From contig NZ_LT934425.1 in the NCBI RefSeq assembly GCF_900232105.1, positions 1,680,001 to 1,712,000 on the forward strand: a DNA stretch of 32,000 nucleotides, given 5' to 3'. The stretch is from Candidatus Kuenenia stuttgartensis (GTDB lineage: Bacteria; Planctomycetota; Brocadiia; Brocadiales; Brocadiaceae). Position 1 is the stretch's first letter. The number at the start of each line of letters is the position of its first letter. A program made the translations under genes and the position numbers. This document shows, in pieces, positions 17,475 through 28,302 of this stretch. The notes beneath the pieces are model-generated. The model was not told the origin of the DNA and searched no databases. It was given only the letters and a program-made list of their open reading frames with translations.

Positions 17475-18677
17475 TTGAAGATTGCATACTTTGATTGTTT
17501 TTCGGGCGTTAGCGGAGATATGATCCTCGGGGCATTTGTGGATGCCGGACTCGAAATCCATTTGTTAATAACCGAACTGGAAAAACTCCATCTTCATGGA
17601 TACGAACTCTCCTGTGAAAAGGTGAAACGCGCCGGTATTGCCGGCACAAAGGTGTATGTGAATATTCCCGAACGGCATGGGCATTCACATACCGCGGGCC
17701 ACATGCACCATCTTACCTTTCCCGATATTCGTTTGATTATTGAAAAAAGCCGGCTCCATCAACAGATTAAGGATAATGGCATTAAAATATTTCATCGACT
17801 TGCTGCTGTTGAAGCAGAGATTCATGGTACTTCTATTGAGGAGGTACATTTTCATGAAGTGGGCGCGATAGACTCAATCGTTGACATTGTTGGTGCTGCC
17901 ATAGGCCTGCATTTGCTTGGCATTGAAAAACTATATTTCTCACCAGTTCCCACCGGCAGCGGATACATAAAATGCGAACATGGCGTATTGCCGGTTCCCG
18001 CTCCCGCAACTGCCGGGCTTCTGAAAAATCAGCTACTGAAATCTGTGGCAATAGAAAAGGAATTAACCACCCCCACCGGCGCTGCGATTGTAACAACCCT
18101 GGGAGAAGGGCTTAAGACTATGCCGAAAATGAAGGTACTTACCATCGGTTATGGCGCCGGCAGCATTGATAATCCCGAAGTCCCGAATTTGTTGCGTATA
18201 GTAATCGGCGAAGATACGCAACGCCAGGAGTCTGATGAGGTGTGGGTCGTTGAGACCAATATTGATAACATGACGGGGGAGATCATGGGGTATGTAATGG
18301 ATAGATTATTCAGCGCCGGGGCAGTTGACGCATATTTTACCCCGGTGCAAATGAAAAAAGGAAGGCCAGGAATTATTATCAGCGCGATAGTGCCGGAAAA
18401 ACACCTTTTGTCCGTAGAGGCGGTCTTGTTTAATCAAACCACCACCTTCGGGATACGAAAATACAAAGCGGTTCGCAGCATATTATCAAGAGAGGTAAAA
18501 GAATACGAAAGCTCATTGGGGAAAATAAGGATGAAGATTGGCTCGCTTAACGGCGATATTAAAAATATTTCTCCTGAATATGAAGATTGCAAACGAATAG
18601 CGGAAGAAAGGCATATTCCCCTAAAACACGTCTATACTATTATCACCAAAGAACTTGATACATTTAATCACTTTTAG
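17475..18677 (+). CDS. larC: Nickel insertion protein LarC family (single ORF)
   Basis: MKIAYFDCFSGVSGDMILGAFVDAG, EVHFHEVGAIDSIVDIVGAA, ELTTPTGAAIVT, ETNIDNMTGEIMGYVMDRLFSAGAVDAYFTPVQMKKGRPG. Confidence 0.92.
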   Translation: MKIAYFDCFSGVSGDMILGAFVDAGLEIHLLITELEKLHLHGYELSCEKVKRAGIAGTKVYVNIPERHGHSHTAGHMHHLTFPDIRLIIEKSRLHQQIKDNGIKIFHRLAAVEAEIHGTSIEEVHFHEVGAIDSIVDIVGAAIGLHLLGIEKLYFSPVPTGSGYIKCEHGVLPVPAPATAGLLKNQLLKSVAIEKELTTPTGAAIVTTLGEGLKTMPKMKVLTIGYGAGSIDNPEVPNLLRIVIGEDTQRQESDEVWVVETNIDNMTGEIMGYVMDRLFSAGAVDAYFTPVQMKKGRPGIIISAIVPEKHLLSVEAVLFNQTTTFGIRKYKAVRSILSREVKEYESSLGKIRMKIGSLNGDIKNISPEYEDCKRIAEERHIPLKHVYTIITKELDTFNHF

Positions 18678-18681
18678 AAAA

Positions 18682-20605
18682 ATGCTACGGGGAATTTCAG
18701 GGACAAGAACATCTTTTAATCTTATCATACCGGTTCTTATTATTGTATGTTTGTCACAATTTGTTTACTTAAATACATTATCAAACCAGTTTGTATATGA
18801 TGATGAATTTATTATTACCAACAACTCCTTCATAAAAACATGGAACAATTTCCCCAAACTTTTCAATAGGGAATATTTTGAATATTCCGGAGAATTAAGC
18901 TACAGACCTGTCGCTACGGCTACGTATTTCATTGATCATGCCTTGTGGCGGCTTGCTCCCGCCGGTTATCACTTCACCAACAACTGCTTGCACACATTAA
19001 ATGCGGCGCTGCTTTTCTTTTTGCTCCTGCATTTGTTCAGACACACGGGGGGCGCATTTGCCGGAGCGCTCCTTTTTGCGTGTCACCCTGTTTTATCCGA
19101 AACGGTAAATGCCGTTTGTTTTCGGGAGGATTTATTGGCATGCGCTTTCTTCCTCTCCTCTTTTCTGCTTTATTGTAAAACAAACGCACGTCGTTCGTAT
19201 TTCCTCTATGCCGCCTCCTTAATATGCTATTTCTTTGGGATATTTTCGAAGGAAATAGCAATTACACTTCCGTTGCTCATTTTTCTCTACGATGTGCTTT
19301 TTACCGGAATGTGCAAAAAAACCCTGCATTATTATTCAGGATATGTCTTCGTGACGCTATTTTATCTTATAATCAGATTTGTCTTCCTGCATAATCCTGT
19401 GGAATCAACCGTATCATATCCGGAAAACAGTATTTGGGTAAATTGCCTAACAATGTCAAAGGTATGTGCTTATTATATAAAACTCCTTTTTCTTCCGGTA
19501 AAGCTTTGTTCAGACTACGTTATCCCACGTTCTTTTTCCCTCCGCGAACCTGCCGTTGCGGTATCATTATTTCTTATCGCCTCTGTTGCAGCCGTTGTTT
19601 ACAAATTATTTATTCACCATAAGCACCTGGTATTTTCACCGGTATGGTTTTTTATCACGCTGCTGCCGGTTTTAAATATCATACCCATAGAAAATATCAT
19701 GGCGGAGAGATACCTTTATCTGCCTGCGGTAAGTTTTTGTATACTGTGTGCCGGGTTTGATTGCGCACGACAGGCATACGAGTGTTTTTTTTGGAAAACA
19801 GTATGTAATTGCCGCCATTTTGAGTGGCACAGTAATATTGTTTTCAATAAAAACTTTAAATAGAAATAAAGTATGGGAAAGCCAGTCTGCCCTATGGGAG
19901 AATACGGCAAAGACATCGCCGGACAGCTTTAAGGCGCATAATAATCTGGGGAATTTTTACCGGGACTCTGGCAGGCTGGACGAGGCAATTGACGAATTTC
20001 ACCATGCGCTGAGACTTTTTGAAAATTACGCGGAAGCGCATAACAATCTCGGCATAACGTACCGGAAAAAAGGCATGCATGAGGAAGCATACAATGAATA
20101 CCAAAAGGCGTTGCAGCTTAATCCTGATTATCCCGATGTGCATAATAACCTCGGCGTTTTATATACAAAGATAAACAGATCTGACCTGGCAATGGAGGAA
20201 TTCAAACGAGCCATAAAAAGCAAACAGATGTATTCCGACGCGCATAATAATCTGGGTATACTGTACGCTTATACCGGAGAATTGGACTTAGCCATCGAGT
20301 CATTTAAAAATGCGATTTCCAGCAGGCCTGACCATCCTGACGCCTATGCGAACCTTGGAACCGCATATTTAAAAAAGGGTATGTACGATGAGGCGATACA
20401 ACAATTTCTTAAAGCAATTTCATATGACAACCAATACGTAAAAGCGTATTATTATCTAAGCACAGCATATTGGAATAAGGGACAATATGAGAAAGCCGCG
20501 GAAACGTGCAGAAGGATATTGTCTATCGACCCGACTCACGGGGACACGCTGACGTTGCTAAATACAATTGAACAAAGGCAGGGACGGACGCAGACAGCGC
20601 AGTAG
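18682..20605 (+). pseudogene. TMTC-like multi-pass membrane protein with C-terminal TPR repeats; reading frame broken at an 8-T run (19785-19792)
   Basis: ORF 18655-19863 (hydrophobic, NQFVYDDEFIITNN...SYRPVATATYFIDHALW) and ORF 19748-20605 (GTVILFSIKTLNRNKVWESQSALWENTAKTSPDSFKAHNNLGNFYRDSG plus TPRs) form one protein across AGTGTTTTTTTTGG. Confidence 0.82.
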
Positions 20606-20634
20606 CATGGAGATTTGGGTTGGTGTGTTACAGA

Positions 20635-20859
20635 CTATTTCCTGAAGAATGCAAAAAGGATGGCCGTTAAGACGCCAACAACGGAAGCGAATTGTCCAAT
20701 CCAGAATATAAACATCCACTTGATAATTTCCGCTTTTGCCTCGGCGAGATCTTTCTTTGTGGCAACTTCTTCAAGTAAAGCTGCATGGCTTGTTTCCAAC
20801 GCAGTTTCGATTGCTTCAGCAATCCTGGCTGCCTGTTTTTCATCGAAAACAGAACGCAA
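20635..20859 (-). CDS. Small coiled-coil/one-TM protein, DUF1640-like
   Basis: FDEKQAARIAEAIETALETSHAALLEEVATKKDLAEAKAEIIKWMFIFWIGQFASVVGVLTAILFAFFRK. Confidence 0.65.
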   Translation of the reverse strand: MRSVFDEKQAARIAEAIETALETSHAALLEEVATKKDLAEAKAEIIKWMFIFWIGQFASVVGVLTAILFAFFRK

Positions 20860-21037
20860 TGTTTCAAATACTTTTAGTGTATTGATGTATGCCGTGAACA
20901 GTCTCCCGTGGTAATTTATACGGATATGTGTGTTTATTTGTCGCGAGAGTAATTTGATTTTAACATTTTATTGTTTTTATACTCAAGGAGCATTTTGTTT
21001 CATCTTCTTATTTTTACCGTTTTTTTAAAGGATTTGT

Positions 21038-22291
21038 ATGAACAGGCAAGAAAGAAACGCCGTCAGAAAAAGCCTTAATGTTTCAATCAGGGACGGCATT
21101 GCAGCCGCGGCGACATCGGGATTTGGAAACAACTATGTCAACCCCTTTGCCGTTGCCCTTGGCGGGACAAATATCCAGATAGGCGTATTAAATTCCATAA
21201 TACACTTTATCCCCGCGCTTATGCAGCTTAAGGCAGCGGATATAACCGAATACTTCGGCAGCCGGAAAAAGATCATCGTAATTTCCGTTCTTTTACAGGC
21301 CAGCATGCTTATTCCCATTGCCTCCATTCCCTTTTTCCCGAAGCATTTCCGTATGATTGCGCTTATTTGTTTTTGTACCTTCTATATGTCTTTTGAGTCC
21401 CTTGCTACCCCTGCATGGGGATCACTTATGGCCAACCTTGTGCCCAAAAAAAGGCTGGGACGGTATTTCAGCAGACGTTCAAGGATTGTCAGCCTTGTCA
21501 CTTTAGTAACAACATTTTTAGCAGGTTTTTTGCTGGATGTTTTCAATAATCCCTCACTTACTGGTTTTACGATTATATTTTTGCTTGCAATGATTTCCCG
21601 GTACATTTCGTGTTACTTTCTCAGCAGAATGTATGAGCCACCTCTGGAAATAAAGCGGGAACATTACTTTTCATTTGTGGATTTTCTAAAAAGATTAAAC
21701 ATTGGAAACTTCGGGAAATATGTGCTCTTTCAAAGTTCTTTTAATTTGTCAGTGCATATAGCATCGCCGTTTTTTGCCGTATATATGCTCCGCAATCTTG
21801 GCTTTTCGTACCTTACCTACACAATCGTCATAACAGTAGTACCCCTCGCGGCTATATTATCGATGAGTTACTGGGGACGATACGCCGATACGGCGGGGAA
21901 TAGGAAGGTGCTTACCCTATGCAGTTTTATTATATCAAGCCTTCCTGCATGGTGGCTTATTTCGCATGATGTATTTTTTCTGATAGGGATTCAGGCGTTA
22001 TCGGGATTTTTCTGGGGCGGTTTTAATTTATGTTCTTCAAATTTTATCTACGAATCGGCAATCCCGGAAAAACGCACTCGTTGCATTTCATACTTTAATA
22101 CCATAAACGGTTTTGCAATATGCCTTGGAAACTTACTTGGCGGTTTTCTCGCAGTACATTTACCGCCGGTCTTCGGCCACCGATTGCTTGCCGTCTTTGC
22201 AATATCAGCTTTTCTGAGATTCCTTGCAGCGTTTGTTTTATTAAGACGGGTAAAGGCTGCCGGAAATGCTATATTGTGCCAAAAAGTGTAA
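21038..22291 (+). CDS. MFS transporter
   Basis: 417 aa, about 12 hydrophobic segments; MFS-like loop YFGSRKKIIVISVLLQ and WGRYADTAGNRKVL. Confidence 0.85.
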   Translation: MNRQERNAVRKSLNVSIRDGIAAAATSGFGNNYVNPFAVALGGTNIQIGVLNSIIHFIPALMQLKAADITEYFGSRKKIIVISVLLQASMLIPIASIPFFPKHFRMIALICFCTFYMSFESLATPAWGSLMANLVPKKRLGRYFSRRSRIVSLVTLVTTFLAGFLLDVFNNPSLTGFTIIFLLAMISRYISCYFLSRMYEPPLEIKREHYFSFVDFLKRLNIGNFGKYVLFQSSFNLSVHIASPFFAVYMLRNLGFSYLTYTIVITVVPLAAILSMSYWGRYADTAGNRKVLTLCSFIISSLPAWWLISHDVFFLIGIQALSGFFWGGFNLCSSNFIYESAIPEKRTRCISYFNTINGFAICLGNLLGGFLAVHLPPVFGHRLLAVFAISAFLRFLAAFVLLRRVKAAGNAILCQKV

Positions 22292-22425
22292 GGTCTGTTG
22301 CTTCATTTATTGTTATATCCACAAGTGTGCCCACCAGCGCAGGTCGTCCTTTGAATACAACAATATTGTTCTGCCGCGTTCTGCCGGAGAGTTTGTTGGG
22401 GTCTGATTTGTGCCTGTGAATAATG
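22269..22425 (-). pseudogene. miaB: C-terminal (TRAM-domain) remnant of a MiaB-like methylthiotransferase
   Basis: Minus-strand translation HRHKSDPNKLSGRTRQNNIVVFKGRPALVGTLVDITINEATDLTLFGTI*, matching the MiaB tail; no upstream catalytic domain present. Confidence 0.75.
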
Positions 22426-22996
22426 TTTCAGAACTATTAAGAATATCGCATAATTGCTGAACATATCTGTTGTTCCCTGGGTTTGTCATGTTATGAATTG
22501 TTATCCTTAAGACGCCATTCTTTTCATCCGGCATTATATCTGCATCTGTCATAAAAATTTGACGTACCAGTGATCTTGCTTCATCTTTTTTAGAAATATA
22601 TTCCTGCAATGTATTTGCCATTGCCGTCTCTGCCCGATAAGCAATCATTTTGATTGTGTCTACGAATTGCTTTCCGCTCTTCTTTAAATCCTGAAATTTC
22701 TTATCTTCCGGGAGTTTTGAAAACTCTATATGTTTCTCCGTATTATTTTTTGTAGCCCTGAGTTGTTCAATCTTTTCCTCCAGCGTATCTATCGATTCTC
22801 TTATTGTTGCTTTCTCCTGTACATACTTCCGGATATCGGGTTCTTCTCCTTCTGCTTTTAATACCAATGCACCATATTTTACCCGCTGCCTGTTTAACAG
22901 TGTAGTTTTGGTTTTTATCTGACTTTCCAATTCCCTGTAACGGGGATTCACCATCTTTGTCGTCTCACTTATTGCCTCCTGTTCGTACTAGATAAG
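22426..22996 (-). pseudogene. C-terminal fragment of a putative transposase
   Basis: NPRYRELESQI...MIAYRAETAMANTLQEYISKKDEARSLVRQIFMTDADIMPDEKNGVLRITIHNMTNPGNNRYVQQLCDILNSSETLFTGTN resembles transposase C-termini ending ...LN.TET.FPGT. Open frame begins after a stop near 22996. Confidence 0.55.
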
Positions 22997-23240
22997 TCTG
23001 TCTATACCATATTATTTATCAGTTTGCAGTCAGGGGAAAACAGGGGTAATACTAACTGTAGTATGAGTACCCTCCCTTCTTCCGAAAAAAAGGGATCATA
23101 TCATTTTCCACCCACATATGGCAATACTATATATATACCTATCTCTACACAATTCAATAGCTTACATGCTTTTTAACTAAAAATGCACTTCCTGGGTTCT
23201 GAATTTCTACTTCATAAGAATTCACTTGAATCTGGTATAA

Positions 23241-23384
23241 CGTTTCATTAAAATATCTACACTGATACCGTCATCGTAAGGAGTGGAGCGACGAAGTAAT
23301 CTTAAGTCTTTTGGGAACAAGAGATTACTTCGTCGCTCCACTCCTCGCGATGACATTTTTTTACGTACACATTTTAACGAAACG
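23241..23384. repeat. Nested palindromic repeat (MITE-like)
   Basis: Inner arms GTCATCGTAAGGAGTGGAGCGACGAAGTAATCT (23270-23302) / AGATTACTTCGTCGCTCCACTCCTCGCGATGAC (23322-23354). Outer arms CGTTTCATTAAAATAT (23241-23256) / ACATTTTAACGAAACG (23369-23384). Confidence 0.85.
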
Positions 23385-23418
23385 ATGTACTAGTTAATAA
23401 TTTTACTAACCTTGAAAA

Positions 23419-24621
23419 ATGCCTAAAAAGCAATCTCCTCTCATCCATCCATTCACTATTGGACGCACTATTTTACTTCTACTCATTCTCGCAGCCCATT
23501 CATTTCTGCTAATCGGATGCGAACGGCAGCAGACACAGGCACCACCGCCGCCTATAGTTACTGTGAGTAAGCCCGTGGTCGAGGAGGTCGTGGAGTGGGA
23601 CGAGTATACGGGGCGGCTCGAAGCCGTGGATACGGTAGACGTGAGGGCGCGCGTAAGCGGTTATCTGGAATCCATACATTTTAAGGACGGCCAGATGGTG
23701 AAAAATGGTGACCTGCTCTTCGTAATAGACCCGAGACCCTATCGGGCAGAGCTGGACCGGGCTTTGGCCCAGTTAAAAATCTCAAAAGCCCGCCTTTCTC
23801 TTGCGGAGAAAGACCTCCGTCGCGCGAAGCACCTCCTGAGCGAGCTGGTAATTTCGGAAGAAGAGGCCGACACCAGGGTTTCCGACGAGCAGGTAGCTCG
23901 TGCATCAGTCGAGATGGCGCAGGCTGACGTTGACGCCGCCAGACTAAACGTAGAATTCACGCAGGTGAGGGCGCCCATCTACGGTTTGATCAGCAGAAAA
24001 TACGTCACCGAAGGGAACCTCATTAACGGTGGTACCGGTGGTACACTCCTCACTACCATAGTTTCAACGGACCCGATTTATTGCTACTTAGAGGAAGACG
24101 AGCAGTCCTATCTCAGATACAGCCGTCTGGAGCGGGAGGGGATTATGCCTGGATCCGGGAAAGGAGAAAACCCGGCTTTTATGGAACTCTCGAACGAAAC
24201 GGGTTATCCGCACAAGGGCTACATCGACTTCGTCGATAACAGGATGGACCCGAATACTGGGACTATCAGAGGAAGGGGCGTATTCCCCAACCCGGACAAC
24301 ACCCTCACACCGGGACTATTCGCCCGGATGAAGATCGCGGGCAGCGAGCAGTATAAGGCCATGCTCGTGCCCGACGAAGCTGTAGGAAGTGACCAGTCGC
24401 TGAAGTTCGTGTTTATAGTCAACCCTGAAAATACAGTTGAGTACCGTCAGGTTACGCTAGGCCCCAGGATGAACGGGCTCAGGATCGTAAGAGAAGGAGT
24501 GATGCCTGAGGACCGGGTAATAGTCAAAGGCCTGCAGAGAGTCCAGCCTGGGATCAAAGTAGATCCCGTCGAAGAAGACATAGTCGTTGATGAAATGAAT
24601 TTCCTCATGCCCGGGTCCTGA
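23419..24621 (+). CDS. RND efflux periplasmic adaptor subunit (AcrA/MexE-like, lipoprotein)
   Basis: Lipobox LLIGC, VSKPVVEEVVEWDEYTGRLEAVDTVDVRARVSGYLESIHFKDGQMVKNGDLLFVIDPRPY. Confidence 0.95.
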   Translation: MPKKQSPLIHPFTIGRTILLLLILAAHSFLLIGCERQQTQAPPPPIVTVSKPVVEEVVEWDEYTGRLEAVDTVDVRARVSGYLESIHFKDGQMVKNGDLLFVIDPRPYRAELDRALAQLKISKARLSLAEKDLRRAKHLLSELVISEEEADTRVSDEQVARASVEMAQADVDAARLNVEFTQVRAPIYGLISRKYVTEGNLINGGTGGTLLTTIVSTDPIYCYLEEDEQSYLRYSRLEREGIMPGSGKGENPAFMELSNETGYPHKGYIDFVDNRMDPNTGTIRGRGVFPNPDNTLTPGLFARMKIAGSEQYKAMLVPDEAVGSDQSLKFVFIVNPENTVEYRQVTLGPRMNGLRIVREGVMPEDRVIVKGLQRVQPGIKVDPVEEDIVVDEMNFLMPGS

Positions 24622-24683
24622 CGCTGGAAAAGGAGGGCGATTTTACACAAGAGCCCGATAGCAATATTGGAGGGTAATAGATA

Positions 24684-27600
24684 GTGTCCCGGTTTTTCAT
24701 AGACAGGCCTATATTCGCTACAGTGATCTCGATCCTGATAGTAATCGTAGGTTTGATAGCGTATTTTACATTGCCCGTAAGCCAGTACCCGAAGGTCACT
24801 CCGCCTACCATAGTCGTTCGCGCGAGCTTTCCCGGCGCAAACCCTGAGGTCATAGCTGACACCGTAGCAACGCCGCTCGAGCAGGAGATAAACGGAGTTG
24901 AGGACATGCTCTATATGTCCTCGCAGTCGACGAGCAACGGCATGATGCAGCTCACGATAACGTTCGCGATCGGAACCGATATAGACAAGGCTCAGGTGCT
25001 TGTTGAAAACAGAATCGCCGTGGCCGAGCCCAGGTTGCCGGAGGAGGTTAGGCGGATAGGCATCACGGTGAGAAAAAGTTCTCCGGACATGTTGCTGGTA
25101 GTTCATCTCCTCTCGCCCGATAATACCTACGATCAGCTCTACATAAGCAACTACGCGTCGATCAGGGTTTACGACGTTCTTACTCGTATAGGGGGTGTCG
25201 GCAACGTGACCTTGTTCGGGGCGCGGGAATACAGCATGAGGGTATGGCTCGATCCCGAAAAGCTCTACTCGATGGGCATGACTGTAAATGACGTGGTGCA
25301 GTCGCTCCGTGAGCAGAACGTAGAGGTCGCGGCCGGCATCATTGGGCAGCCGCCCATGCCCCAGGGCAACGCCTTTCAGATCTCCGTTAACACACTTGGA
25401 AGGCTGGTCGAAGAAAAGCAGTTCGGCGACGTAATCATCAGGACTGGTGAAGACGGGCGTGTCACGCGGTTAAAGGACGTGGCGCGGATAGAGCTAGGAG
25501 CGAGGGATTACGGCGTCAACAGTTATCTCGACAGTAAGTCTGCGCAGGGGCTCGGTATATTTCAGCTCCCAGGGTCTAACGCACTGGCTACGGCAGAGGC
25601 CATAGAAAAAACGATGGCCCGGATCAGCAAGGACTTCCCCAAGGGTCTCGAATACAGGATTGTCTATAACCCGACGAAATTCGTGCAGCAATCCATAAAC
25701 GAGGTGTACCACACTCTCTTCATTGCATTCATACTCGTTTTCATCGTTGTCATAATATTCCTTCAGGACTGGAAGGCCGCACTGCTGCCCATGATAGATG
25801 CAATAGTGTCGCTCGTCGGCACGTTCGCCGTCATGTCGGCCTTCGGATTCTCGCTCAACAACCTCACGCTGTTCGGCCTTGTGATCGCGATAGGCATCGT
25901 GGTGGACGACTCTATCGTCGTTGTTGAGAACATCAAGCGGTGGATGTCGAAGGGACTCGAGCCCAGGGAGGCCACCTTAAAAGCGATGGCTGAAATTACC
26001 GGCCCCGTGCTCGCGATTACCCTCGTACTTAGTTCGGTGTTTATACCCACTGCATTTCTCCCCGGGATAAGCGGCCAGTTCTACAGGCAGTTCGCGCTTA
26101 CTATCGCGGTATCTACTATCCTGTCCGCCATAAACGCGCTTACTCTCGCACCAGCGAGGGCGGTGCAGCTAATCAAGCCGTATAGCGAGGCCGAAAAACA
26201 GGTGCCGCTGCCACGTGTTGGCATAGCCGTAATTGTCGGCTTTGCCACCTACTCGTTACTGACAGGCCCTCTCGCATCTATCCTGGGCGTTAATATTACC
26301 GGACAGGCTTACGATCACTCGTCACCTTCTCACAGCACGGTTGCCCCTTGGGCAATCCGCATAGGGCTTCTCGCTGCCGGATGCGCCATCGGATGGTTCG
26401 CGGGACATTATCTCAACATGGCTCTTAAAAAGGCGTTCGGCGTTTTTAACCGCTCTTTCGACCGCGTGACAAACCTTTACGGGAGGACTATCAGCAGGAT
26501 TTTACGCTTCAGCATCATTGCCGTAATTGCCTATTGCGGACTCATCGGACTGACGTATATCGGATTCACGAAGGTATCCACTGGATTTATACCCGCGCAA
26601 GACCAGGGGTATCTCATAGTGGACGTCGCACTTCCGGACGGCGCCTCTCTCGAGAGGACTGACGCAGTCATCGCCCGCGCGACGAATATTATCCTGGGTA
26701 CGCCGGGCATTGCCTATGCTGTAGGGCTTGCGGGGTTCTCGGGGGCGACATTCACGAACAGCTCGGACGCGGGCGTCATATTCACCCCGCTCGCACCATT
26801 CGACGAACGGGCCAAAAACGGTCCCGCGCTCGATCAGATAATAGCCGACCTTAGCAAGAGGCTCTCTGTTATACAGGAAGCCAGACTCCTGGTTATTTCT
26901 CCCCCGCCGGTCAGGGGATTGGGTACGTCAGGCGGGTTCAAGATGATGGTAGAAGACCGCGCCGGCATGGGCATAAAGGAGCTCGAGAAGGCGGCCTACG
27001 CCTTGATCGATGCAGCGAATCAGGAGCCAGGCCTGACTGGGGTGTATACCACGTTTAGCACGAAGACCCCGCAGATATACGTCGAGGTCGACAGGACAAA
27101 GGCAAAGAAGTTAGACGTCCCGCTGACTAATATCTTCGACGCGCTTCAGGTTTATCTGGGGTCGGTGTATGTGAACGACATCAACCTCTTTGGGAGGGTT
27201 TACAGAGTTACGGCGCAGGCGGAAGGAGGCTTCCGTCAGCAGGCCGAAGACATCGCGAAGTTAAGGACACGTAGCCTAAACGGGAATTCCATCCCTCTTG
27301 GCTCGTTTGTTGATATCAAGCACGAAACGGGACCTGACCGTGTTGTGCGCTATAACCTCTTCCCCGCGATCGAAGTGAGCGGCGCCACGCTGCCCGGATT
27401 CAGCTCTGGCCAGGCGATTGAAGCGATGGTGAGGTTAGCAGGCCGGATACTTCCCGTGGGCATGAGCTACGAATGGACGGAACTTGCATATCAAGAGGTC
27501 ACGCAGGGAAACACGTCGCTGTATATATTCCCGGTATGTGTGTTGTTCGTATTCCTCATATTGTCTTCGCTCTATGAGAGCTGGTCACTCCCTCTGACGA

Positions 27601-28028
27601 TCGTACTGATCGTGCCCATGTGCCTCCTTTCGGCGATATTTGGCATATGGCTTCGGGGCATGGACAACAATATCCTTTCACAGATAGGGTTCGTTGTGCT
27701 CGTGGGGCTCGCGTGTAAGAACGCGATTTTAATAGTGGAATTCGCCAAAGACTATCAGGATACGGGCAAGGGGTGCGAGGAGGCCGTGATCGAGGCCTCG
27801 CGCGTCAGGCTTCGTCCGATATTGATGACCTCGTTCGCTTTCATACTTGGGGTAATCCCCCTATTGATTGCCACAGGAGCCGGCGCCGAGATGCGTCAGG
27901 CGTTGGGAACCTCGGTATTCAGCGGCATGTTCGGGGTCACGTTCTTCGGCCTGTTTTTAACCCCTGTGTTCTACATCGTGATCAGGAAGATCACGGAATC
28001 CGGAAAAAACCGGAGTGTAAAAGTGTAA
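24684..28028 (+). CDS. RND multidrug efflux permease (AcrB/MexF-like, HAE1 family)
   Basis: 1114 aa; MSRFFIDRPIFATVISILIVIVGLIAYFTLPVSQYPKVTPPTIVVRASFPGANPE, GIVVDDSIVVVENI, GFIPAQDQGY, SMFGVTFFGLFLTPVFYIV-type end. Confidence 0.96.
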   Translation: MSRFFIDRPIFATVISILIVIVGLIAYFTLPVSQYPKVTPPTIVVRASFPGANPEVIADTVATPLEQEINGVEDMLYMSSQSTSNGMMQLTITFAIGTDIDKAQVLVENRIAVAEPRLPEEVRRIGITVRKSSPDMLLVVHLLSPDNTYDQLYISNYASIRVYDVLTRIGGVGNVTLFGAREYSMRVWLDPEKLYSMGMTVNDVVQSLREQNVEVAAGIIGQPPMPQGNAFQISVNTLGRLVEEKQFGDVIIRTGEDGRVTRLKDVARIELGARDYGVNSYLDSKSAQGLGIFQLPGSNALATAEAIEKTMARISKDFPKGLEYRIVYNPTKFVQQSINEVYHTLFIAFILVFIVVIIFLQDWKAALLPMIDAIVSLVGTFAVMSAFGFSLNNLTLFGLVIAIGIVVDDSIVVVENIKRWMSKGLEPREATLKAMAEITGPVLAITLVLSSVFIPTAFLPGISGQFYRQFALTIAVSTILSAINALTLAPARAVQLIKPYSEAEKQVPLPRVGIAVIVGFATYSLLTGPLASILGVNITGQAYDHSSPSHSTVAPWAIRIGLLAAGCAIGWFAGHYLNMALKKAFGVFNRSFDRVTNLYGRTISRILRFSIIAVIAYCGLIGLTYIGFTKVSTGFIPAQDQGYLIVDVALPDGASLERTDAVIARATNIILGTPGIAYAVGLAGFSGATFTNSSDAGVIFTPLAPFDERAKNGPALDQIIADLSKRLSVIQEARLLVISPPPVRGLGTSGGFKMMVEDRAGMGIKELEKAAYALIDAANQEPGLTGVYTTFSTKTPQIYVEVDRTKAKKLDVPLTNIFDALQVYLGSVYVNDINLFGRVYRVTAQAEGGFRQQAEDIAKLRTRSLNGNSIPLGSFVDIKHETGPDRVVRYNLFPAIEVSGATLPGFSSGQAIEAMVRLAGRILPVGMSYEWTELAYQEVTQGNTSLYIFPVCVLFVFLILSSLYESWSLPLTIVLIVPMCLLSAIFGIWLRGMDNNILSQIGFVVLVGLACKNAILIVEFAKDYQDTGKGCEEAVIEASRVRLRPILMTSFAFILGVIPLLIATGAGAEMRQALGTSVFSGMFGVTFFGLFLTPVFYIVIRKITESGKNRSVKV

Positions 28029-28302
28029 TAGGATTCATATTTGTGGAAGGCGGTTGTTTAATCCTAAATCCCGCAGATAGTGATGTAGCCACGTTTCTGT
28101 GAAGCGCGGACCGGTCGCGTTACATCCTTTGCCCGTTGGGTGAGGCATGATTAAGTAAACAAGTTCCTTGTCAACGACCGCTTGCATCGGAAAACAAAAA
28201 TTTAACTGCGGGATTTACGTGAACAGCTTGCCATCACTTTGATTGGCGAGGCAATCGGCAAGATTGCATCCATCCGTGGCACTCCATGGCTATCCCTGAA
28301 GT

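Noticed and set aside
17475-18677. Programmed frameshift in larC
   Set aside because: LarC can be split and joined by frameshifting in some bacteria, but here it is one uninterrupted ORF.
22313-22954. Called 213-aa ORF as a single gene
   Set aside because: Its C-terminal ~40 residues are an out-of-frame read of a MiaB tail; treated as two gene fragments instead.
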